Shown here: positions 57,196 through 64,000 of the stretch, piece after piece
How positions within the stretch are numbered: position 1 is the first letter of the stretch
How the letters are laid out: each line of letters opens with the position of its first letter
Source: an uncultured Spirochaetota bacterium
GTDB lineage: Bacteria > Spirochaetota > Spirochaetia > SZUA-6 > Fen-1364
Reading direction: 5' to 3'
DNA: 64,000 nucleotides
Assembly: GCA_963845535.1 (NCBI GenBank)
Contig: CAWJSK010000012.1
Span: forward strand, 160,001-224,000
Notes under the pieces: model-generated
Told to the model about the DNA's origin: nothing
Databases searched by the model: none
Seen by the model: the letters and a program-made list of their open reading frames with translations, nothing else
Translations under genes and position numbers: made by a program

Positions 57196-57582
57196 TCATT
57201 CTCCCGCGATTTCTTTTCTCTCATTCTCTTTGATCCTGAACTCGACGATCTTCTTTATCAGGCCCAATGGAAGATCCGAGCGATAGGGAAACTGAATTGT
57301 TCCGCGCCCGCTCTGTTTGTATCCCCTCAGCTCATCGTGGAATTTGTCGAAAACCGTTATGCTCGCCGGGTAGAAACCGATATGTTTCTTGAAAGCGCAA
57401 AAGTAAACCAATCTTCCTTTGTAAAAGAAGGCGGGCATGTCGTAACTGATCCTGCCCTCCGCGTGTGGTGTCGCCTTGCGGATGACCCTGCAAATCGCGT
57501 CCAATCTCTTTCGAGCTTCTTCATCCTGGCTCAAAAGATACTCATCGATTGACGCAAAGCCGGATTTCGTAGGCTTTTTCAT
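57196..57582 (-). CDS. DUF1801/YdhG family protein
   Basis: SIDEYL, ISYDMPAF, AFKKHIGFYP, GTIQFP, LPLGLIKKIV. Confidence 0.88.
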   Translation of the reverse strand: MKKPTKSGFASIDEYLLSQDEEARKRLDAICRVIRKATPHAEGRISYDMPAFFYKGRLVYFCAFKKHIGFYPASITVFDKFHDELRGYKQSGRGTIQFPYRSDLPLGLIKKIVEFRIKENERKEIAGE

Positions 57583-59561
57583 ATCCTTGTGCCTCCGCGC
57601 GACAGTCTGATGGCGCGCCAGGCAACCGTCGCAACCCATGAATAATCGACTACTACTATGAGCCTGTCCGTAAGACCCACATACCCAATGACGCCGGCGG
57701 GGGCATGTGCCGTCGGCCCCGCGCTGGGGTCCATCTTGATGCCGGCCAACTGAAAAGAGAGGATCAGGACGACAAAGCTCCCCGCGAACAATGCCACGGC
57801 TATCCATGTCAAGTTGGCCAACCAAAGAAGAGGTCTCTTTGCGACAGACCACCCCGGCGAACGACTGAGAACCGAGGTTGTCAGCATCGCGGCAACAGGC
57901 AGACCAAAAATTCCGAGATAACCGGCCACGTCATGCAGCGGATGGTTGATATCAAACAAGGTTGCCATGGCAGTGCCTGCGCCGGCAACGAAAAGGAAGA
58001 CAAGACCTACCTTGAAGATTGCTTTCCTCTTCTGCCCCCAGATTCCAACAAGGAGGGCCCACTCGCTGGTCCCCCAACACGCGAACATGAGGGACAGTAT
58101 CGAGCCGTATCTCCCGTTTGCGTATTCGCTGATCATGCGCCATGAAGGGTCGAACTCCGGACTCACCACGTGCAGGAGGGCCAGAAGAACCAGCGCGCCT
58201 GCCGCTGCCCCAATTGCTATCCAATTTGCGACCCGTGCAGACCTGGTTAGAGTTCGCGAGAAAATAACTGGAACATGTTTGATGTGTGTGCTATATTCCG
58301 GGTGTGACACGACTCCAGATGATCCGCAGGAAGTATAGGACCCTGAAGGCGTCGCTCAACGAACGCGGCCGCCGGATTTGGGCTGTCACGGAAGCTCAAT
58401 CGCTGGGATATGGAGGCGCCTCGCTGGTCGCTCGGGCCACTGGTATCTCGCGGAGTACGATTATCCGAGGGTCACAGGAGATCCGAGAGAAGACGAGCGC
58501 CGATAGGGGTCGTGTCCGGCGGACTGGTGGCGGGCGCAAGAAAGCCACCGCGATCGACGCGAAGTTGCGAGCTGCCTTGGAGCGACTGGTGGACCCGGTG
58601 AGCCGGGGGATCCAGAGTCCGCACTAAGGTGGACATGCAAGAGCACGCGGCGCTTGGCCAGCGAATTGACGGCGCAGGGTCATGCAGGTAGTGAATGGCT
58701 GGTGCGACAGCTGCTCTATGAGTTGCACTACAGCCTCCAGGCAAACCGCAAGACCAAGGAGGGAGGCCGACATCCGGATCGGGACGCACAGTTTCGGCAC
58801 ATCAACGCTGGGGTGAGCCGGCAGGTGGGACTCCGGCAACCGGCGATCTCGGTGGACGCGAAGAAAAAGGAATTGGTGGGGAACTTCAAGAACGGTGGGC
58901 GAGAGTGGCGTCCTCGGGGGAGTCCGCACCAGGTCAAAGTCCACGATTTCATCGACAAGACCAAGGGGAAGGTCATTCCCTACGGCGTGTATGATCTACG
59001 GCTGAATCGAGGCTGGGTGTCGGTGGGGATCGACCACGAGACGGCATCCTTCGCGGTGAACACAATCTTGCACTGGTGGAGGAAGATGGGATCAAGGGAG
59101 TATCCGCGGGCCAGATCACTGTTGATCGTCGCCGACAGCGGTGGGAGCAACGGCAATCGAGTCCGGCTGTGGAAGTGGGAGCTCCAGCGGCTTGCCGATG
59201 TAACGGGCCTGATCGTTCGCGTCTGTCATCTGCCCCCGGGGACGAGCAAGTGGAACAAAATCGAACACCGACTGTTCTCGTTCATCAGCCGCAATTGGCG
59301 GGGCCAGCCACTACTAACGCACGCGATGATCGTGGAACTGATTGCGAACACGCGAACCTCTACTGGCCTGAGTGTACGATGTATTCTGGATACCAAGCGC
59401 TATCCCAAGAAGATTCAGGTCAGCGACGAACAGCTCGCCGCCGTCCGTTTGAAACCCGATGATTTCCACGGGGAGTGGAACTACTCAATCCTGCCTCATC
59501 CCAAATGAGATGATGCAGTTATTTTCTCGCGAAGACTTAGTTCGATGTTGTTGTCTGCCAC
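57579..59561 (-). pseudogene. DUF998 family membrane protein, interrupted at codon 8 by ISAzo13
   Basis: LHVVSPEFDPSWRMISEYA; IS removal restores GTG(59561)-ADNNIELTRSARVANW with RBS AAGGAG. Confidence 0.8.
58250..59536 (+). mobile_element. ISAzo13 family insertion sequence (transposase frameshifted in a G-run near 58607)
   Basis: 18-bp perfect inverted repeat TTCGCGAGAAAATAACTG; 3-bp TTA direct repeats; SVDAKKKELVG, DHET, ADSGGSN, PPGTSKWNKIEHRLFS. Confidence 0.92.
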
Positions 59562-59632
59562 ACCTCTGCTCCTTTCCAAAGAGTTGTCACTTCTGCGCGT
59601 CCAGCGTGTAGTCGGAGCAGCTCCGCAGTTCT

Positions 59633-60922
59633 CTACATCGTCCTGGAAAGAGGAGTGGAGTGCTCTTCCGACGGTTGTGGCTCACCGGAGAGTCGCGCTG
59701 CCTGCAAGAGAAGGTAGTTGCGTTCCTGCAGGTTCTCCGTTTTGGTTGCCGCAGCGCGGTAAAGCTCTATGGCGCCGGCGCGGTCTCCAGAGAGCTCCAG
59801 CAAATGCGCTCGGGCCGCATCGAGGCGGTGATGCTCCGCGAGACGCGGATCAACTTCGAGACCGTCCATCAGCTTCAGTCCCGCTGCTGCGCCATGAACC
59901 ATTGCGGCCGCGATGGCATGATTCAAACCGACTATCGGGTTGTCAGACATTCTCCTGAGCAGATCATAGAGGGCAAGGATCTGCGGCCAGTCGGTCTCTT
60001 CGACATTGGTGGCTTCGTCGTGGAGGGCGGCGATTGCGGCCTGCAGTTGATAGGGACCGACCGACCCTTTCGGCAGCGCCTTCGAGATGAGTGCAATTCC
60101 TTCGGCGATCTCCTCCTTGTCCCAAAGTGTCCTGTCCTGTTGATCAAGCGGGATGAGCTCGCCCTCCGCCCCTGTCCGAGCAAGACGGCGGGCATCAGTC
60201 AGCAGCATCAGCGCAAGCAATCCGGCAACCTCCGGCTCGCCCGGTTGGAGACTGTGGACCATCCGCGTCAAGCGTATCGCCTCATGCGACAGGTCATCTC
60301 GGCGGAGTGCGGATCCGCCGCTGGTGGTGTAGCCCTCATTGAAGACGAGGTAAAGGACGTGGAGGACTGCGCGAAGACGCTCCACTTTCTCCTCGGGAGT
60401 CGGCAGTTGGAACGGAACGCCAGAGCTCTTGATGGTTTGCTTGGCCCGGCTGATCCGCTGCGCCATGGTCGCTTCGGGCACGAGAAAAGCGTGCGCGATC
60501 TCCGCGGTTGTCAATCCGCCCACCGCCCGCAGGGTGAGCGCAATGGCGGATGCGCTGGTCAGGGAGGGATGGCAGCACATGATGAGAAGCGCCAGGCTGT
60601 CGTCTTCCTGGGGCGAACGCTCGATTGCGGACTGCTCTTGAGCGGGATATGTCTCCGCGGCCGTCCCACTTTCGCGACGACGGCGGGCGGACTCGCTGCG
60701 GATCTGATCGACCATTCGCCGGGAAGCGACCTTTACAAGCCATGCCAGCGGATTGTCCGGCAAACCCTTGCGCTGCCACTGGCCTGCCGCGGCAACGAAC
60801 GCTTCCTGGACTGCGTCCTCCGCAGCCTCGAAGTCATGGAATCTTCGCACGACAATCCCGAGCACCTGTGGGGTCAAGTCCCGCAACAGGTGCTCGAGCG
60901 AAAAGTCTGGCCCTTTCGTCAT
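59633..60922 (-). CDS. ECF sigma factor with C-terminal TPR-like extension (ECF42-type)
   Basis: AEDAVQEA, CCHPSL, MAQRISRAK, YLVFNEGY, GPYQLQAAIAA; coupled to a YciI/DGPF gene. Confidence 0.88.
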   Translation of the reverse strand: MTKGPDFSLEHLLRDLTPQVLGIVVRRFHDFEAAEDAVQEAFVAAAGQWQRKGLPDNPLAWLVKVASRRMVDQIRSESARRRRESGTAAETYPAQEQSAIERSPQEDDSLALLIMCCHPSLTSASAIALTLRAVGGLTTAEIAHAFLVPEATMAQRISRAKQTIKSSGVPFQLPTPEEKVERLRAVLHVLYLVFNEGYTTSGGSALRRDDLSHEAIRLTRMVHSLQPGEPEVAGLLALMLLTDARRLARTGAEGELIPLDQQDRTLWDKEEIAEGIALISKALPKGSVGPYQLQAAIAALHDEATNVEETDWPQILALYDLLRRMSDNPIVGLNHAIAAAMVHGAAAGLKLMDGLEVDPRLAEHHRLDAARAHLLELSGDRAGAIELYRAAATKTENLQERNYLLLQAARLSGEPQPSEEHSTPLSRTM

Positions 60923-61311
60923 TGCCACTCTTCAGGCGCGCGATCCATCACCGGCCGGACCTCAATGGGCATCGTTGCTCGGCCTTTTGGTCCTGGTCCG
61001 GCCGACGCCCGGGCGGCGATCCTGTATGCCTCTTCTGGACTCTCGACGTCGACAATCCAGAATCCGGCAAGGAACTCCTTGGATTCGGGAAAGACCCCGT
61101 CAGTGATAGGCTCGCCATTGCTTCCTGCGCGAACCATCCTGGCCTTATCGGCAAACGCCAGGCCCTCGGTAAGGACGAGCACTCCCGAGTCCCCAAGCTC
61201 CTTGGCGAACTTCCGCATGAAGGCAACCTGCGCGCGGAGCTCCTCCTTGGACAGTCTCAGGTACGATTCGAAGTCGCGTTTCGTGCCAGCCATCATGAGC
61301 ATGTACTTCAT
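60919..61311 (-). CDS. YciI/DGPF family protein
   Basis: MKYMLM, TDGVFPESKEFLAGFW, IEVRPVM. Confidence 0.9.
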   Translation of the reverse strand: MKYMLMMAGTKRDFESYLRLSKEELRAQVAFMRKFAKELGDSGVLVLTEGLAFADKARMVRAGSNGEPITDGVFPESKEFLAGFWIVDVESPEEAYRIAARASAGPGPKGRATMPIEVRPVMDRAPEEWQ

Positions 61312-61361
61312 GATCCCTTCCTCCTATCCTGCGGCGCCTTTCTGGCGCGTTTTCTGGCATA

Positions 61362-61388
61362 GTCGGAGCTGAATTGTAGTTCTCGACA
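61362..61388 (-). promoter_or_regulatory. ECF42-type promoter upstream of yciI
   Basis: TGTCGA, 17 nt, CGAC on the minus strand about 50 nt before the ATG. Confidence 0.65.
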
Positions 61389-61737
61389 TCCCTTCATAAT
61401 CATTCTGATCGTCCCACGGTCGCGCTTTGCGCCCGGTTTCCTTCCCAAACCAAAATACCGCACGTCACGTGGGACCGCCAAACGGCAGTTAGAAAAGTGG
61501 AGCGGTTTGTCAGGCATGGCAAGAGCTGGTGGCAGCGAGAGGGCCCTTCGCCGCGCGCAACAAAGTCTGCGTATTGATCCAGCAACTGGTACGCCTCATC
61601 GCAGCCTGATGTAAGAAATGGCTCCCACCGCGCGTCAAGAAAGTGCTGGTGAACGGAAACGACGGCTCGCATGACCCGCCAAATAGCCGCCAGCACAGGG
61701 AGGATCTGTGATGAAAACTCGACGACCCGCTTGGGCA

Positions 61738-62241
61738 ATGAACCGCCTGGCGTTTGTGACGGTGATTCTCGCGGCGATCGCAGTGTCGGCCGGGGCTCAG
61801 GACAACAGCATGTCTGGATCGGGCAACGACATGATGGGGAAGGACATGAGCTACAACGCCCTCAAGAAGAGCGGCATGCTGGCGGATACGAAAATGGGCA
61901 ACCAGCTCAGGCTGGCCCAGAGCACGGGCATGAAGACCATATACACGGACCTGAAGTCGGCCCAGGCCCTGGCGGCAAACAATCCGACCGTGCTCTTTTT
62001 TGCCGCCGACTGGTGCCCCTCGTGCCAGATGGACCTGAAGGACATCAACGCAAATGGCTCGCGCCTTGGGAAGGTGAACGTCGTCGTCGTCGACTATGAC
62101 AAGAGCGCAAGCCTCAAGGCCAGGTACGGCGTAACGGTCCAGGACACATTCGTTCAGATCGACGCCAAGGGCGCCAGGCTTGGGATATGGAACGAGGGCG
62201 GCGTGGACGGCGTTCTTCAGCACGTGAAGGAATCGATGTAG
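61738..62241 (+). CDS. Exported thioredoxin-like protein
   Basis: Signal peptide; FFAADWCPSC; start may instead be 61708/61711. Confidence 0.82.
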   Translation: MNRLAFVTVILAAIAVSAGAQDNSMSGSGNDMMGKDMSYNALKKSGMLADTKMGNQLRLAQSTGMKTIYTDLKSAQALAANNPTVLFFAADWCPSCQMDLKDINANGSRLGKVNVVVVDYDKSASLKARYGVTVQDTFVQIDAKGARLGIWNEGGVDGVLQHVKESM

Positions 62242-62309
62242 CGCGGTGGGAAGGGGCGATCGTGGCGCCGGCTTCGGCTCGCCGACCGCCCCTACGGAGG
62301 GAGAATCAG

Positions 62310-63134
62310 ATGACAGTCCTGCTCGCATTCGCTTTTCTATCGGGGGTGATCACGATCCTCTCACCCTGCATCCTGCCCGTGCTGCCAATCGTGCTCGCGG
62401 GAGGAGGCTCGGGCGGCAAGGGCCGCCCCTTCGGCGTGATCTCCGGCTTCATCGTGAGCTTCAGTTTCTTCACCCTTGCCCTGTCGACCATCGTCCAGGC
62501 GCTTGGCGTACCCGCCGATACCCTGCGCTACGTCGCTATGGCGCTCATCGTCCTTTTTGGCATCGTCATGGTTGTGCCCCGTTTTCGCGAGCTCTTCGAC
62601 GTGGCAACATCGCGCATCGCATCAGGGGGGAGCCGTGCAGCCGCCAAACCGCGTGCCGGATTCTGGGGGGGCATCCCCGTGGGCCTCAGCCTGGGGCTCG
62701 TCTGGACCCCCTGTGTGGGACCAATCATGGCTTCGGTAATCAGTCTTGCCCTCGCCCAGAAGGTGGACGGCGGTTCTGTTCTCGTCACGGTTGCCTATAC
62801 CCTGGGCACAGCAATCCCCATGCTCGCCATCATGCTTGGCGGCCGCGCCCTCATCGCCAAGGCTCCTGCCCTCTCGAGGAACGCGGGCACAATTCAGCGG
62901 GCGTTCGGTGTCGTCATGATCCTCATGGGAGTCGCCCTGGCGTTCCAGTGGGACCGGCAGATCCAGATCGCAATACTAAGGCAGTTCCCTTCGTACGGCA
63001 GCGGGCTCACGGCGATAGAGAGTGTCGCCCCCGTTACGACGGCGCTCCAAGCGAGGAGTGGGGTTGTTTCCGCCGCCCGAACGCCGCCACAAGGCATGCC
63101 CTTGAAAACTACCCCGGCCTCCGGGAGACAGTGA
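62310..63134 (+). CDS. CcdA/DsbD-type cytochrome c biogenesis protein (possibly a truncated DipZ)
   Basis: LSPCILPVLP, WTPCVGP. Confidence 0.85.
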   Translation: MTVLLAFAFLSGVITILSPCILPVLPIVLAGGGSGGKGRPFGVISGFIVSFSFFTLALSTIVQALGVPADTLRYVAMALIVLFGIVMVVPRFRELFDVATSRIASGGSRAAAKPRAGFWGGIPVGLSLGLVWTPCVGPIMASVISLALAQKVDGGSVLVTVAYTLGTAIPMLAIMLGGRALIAKAPALSRNAGTIQRAFGVVMILMGVALAFQWDRQIQIAILRQFPSYGSGLTAIESVAPVTTALQARSGVVSAARTPPQGMPLKTTPASGRQ

Positions 63135-63228
63135 CTCGTGAGGGCCGTCCAAGTGAGATTCTCTATTCATGTGTGACGGCCGCAGGACATGCCTTGACTT
63201 TGGGAATCAGCGAACCTACGCTTCATTC

Positions 63229-63519
63229 ATGAGGCTGTCCGACCGAGAGCGCAACGCCATTGTGAGCGCCGTCCATCACTACGACGTAGAGGCGCAGATT
63301 TTCCTCTTTGGCTCTCGCGTGGATGACGCGAAAAAGGGGGGAGATATCGACCTCCTTGTGCGGTCGGTATCCATCGGGCCGGCGGAAAGAAGGCAAAATC
63401 GCAGGGCCATCTGCGACTCCATCGGAGAGCAAAAGATCGACATCCTCGTCGCCGCCGATCTTGTCAGTCCCATGGCACGGCTGGCGCAAAACTCGGCAGT
63501 CCTTCTCAGTGACGGCTGA
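63229..63519 (+). CDS. Minimal nucleotidyltransferase (MNT antitoxin)
   Basis: LFGSRVDD..GGDIDLLV, EQKIDI; TTGACT-17 nt-TACGCT upstream. Confidence 0.85.
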   Translation: MRLSDRERNAIVSAVHHYDVEAQIFLFGSRVDDAKKGGDIDLLVRSVSIGPAERRQNRRAICDSIGEQKIDILVAADLVSPMARLAQNSAVLLSDG

Positions 63520-63697
63520 CATTCTGGCGGTTCTCCGTGAGAACCCCAGCGGAATGCAAAAGTCGGCTGTCTGGCTCAGGCGTTCTTATACAAAGTGCAC
63601 GCGGATCGGGGTGAAAGAAAACTACACGGAAGATGAGTTCGACTCCTTCAAACAGCGCCATTCCGCTCCCGTGACAAGCGGTGCAGGAAGAACTTGA
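63509..63697 (+). pseudogene. Truncated HEPN-like partner of the MNT gene
   Basis: Overlapping GTG start; WLRRSY..YTEDEFDSF then the sequence breaks off before any RxxxxH motif. Confidence 0.5.
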
Positions 63698-63736
63698 CGC
63701 TTCCGCAAAAGGCTGCTATATTGCAACCGGTTGCAA
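63694..63736 (+). promoter_or_regulatory. Sigma70 promoter and LacI-type operator
   Basis: TTGACG-17 nt-TATATT; perfect palindrome TTGCAACCGGTTGCAA at 63721-63736. Confidence 0.8.
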
Positions 63737-63739
63737 AGA

Positions 63740-64000
63740 ATGGCGAGTAAAAAGCTGAAGTCGATACAGGATATTGCCAGGATTGCCGGCGTCTCGAAAT
63801 CCACGGTGTCCCGGGCACTCAACGACAGTCCGCTGATAAAAGCTGAGACCCGGAACACCATTCAGACCATTGCCCGGCAGCACGAGTTCAGGCCCAGCGC
63901 CACGGCGCGCAACCTGTCGCTTCGCACCAGTCGAACAATCGCCTTTGTAAACGATGCCTACAGCAAGGGGGCTTACGAGGTCTCCTGCCCCTTCACCCTC
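63740..64000 (+). CDS. LacI family transcriptional regulator (runs off the window)
   Basis: SIQDIARIAGVSKSTVSRALN..FRPSATARNL. Confidence 0.93.
   Translation, partial: MASKKLKSIQDIARIAGVSKSTVSRALNDSPLIKAETRNTIQTIARQHEFRPSATARNLSLRTSRTIAFVNDAYSKGAYEVSCPFTL

Noticed and set aside
61400..61700. Short ORFs between yciI and the thioredoxin gene
   Set aside because: No recognisable motif, RBS or consistent frame; may be a gene remnant but cannot be supported

Overview
GC-rich bacterial window (Spirochaetia-like is a weak inference from protein types). No rRNA, tRNA, CRISPR array or integrase was recognised. Bases 1-40.5 kb hold housekeeping and metabolic genes: a KamA radical SAM/ATP-grasp/GNAT operon, hflX, a large GGDEF protein, a hexuronate catabolic cluster (uxaE, uxaC, uxuA, SDR, GntR, ABC importer), a phosphomannomutase/phosphomannose-isomerase fusion facing manC, and a xanthine-dehydrogenase-family locus. 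From about 40.6 to 59.6 kb lies an accessory defence island that looks less GC-rich by eye. It contains an orphan nuclease-like gene, a LEM-3-like GIY-YIG gene, radC plus a Type III R-M pair (mod split by IS630), and an intact ubiquitin-like conjugation operon (Ubl-E2-JAB-E1, Bil/ISG15-like). That operon shares a mirrored divergent promoter with an XRE plus ImmA/IrrE pair. The island also carries IS630 (two copies), IS1182 and ISAzo13 elements. The least explained signal is a non-coding, hairpin-rich element beginning GACGCTACGGGCTTCCCTCGC that occurs four times at module boundaries. Two long copies bracket radC-mod-res as inverted repeats, and a 25-bp direct repeat brackets a hidden one-gene cassette. 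Many single-base frameshifts suggest consensus errors, so frameshift-only pseudogene calls are uncertain.
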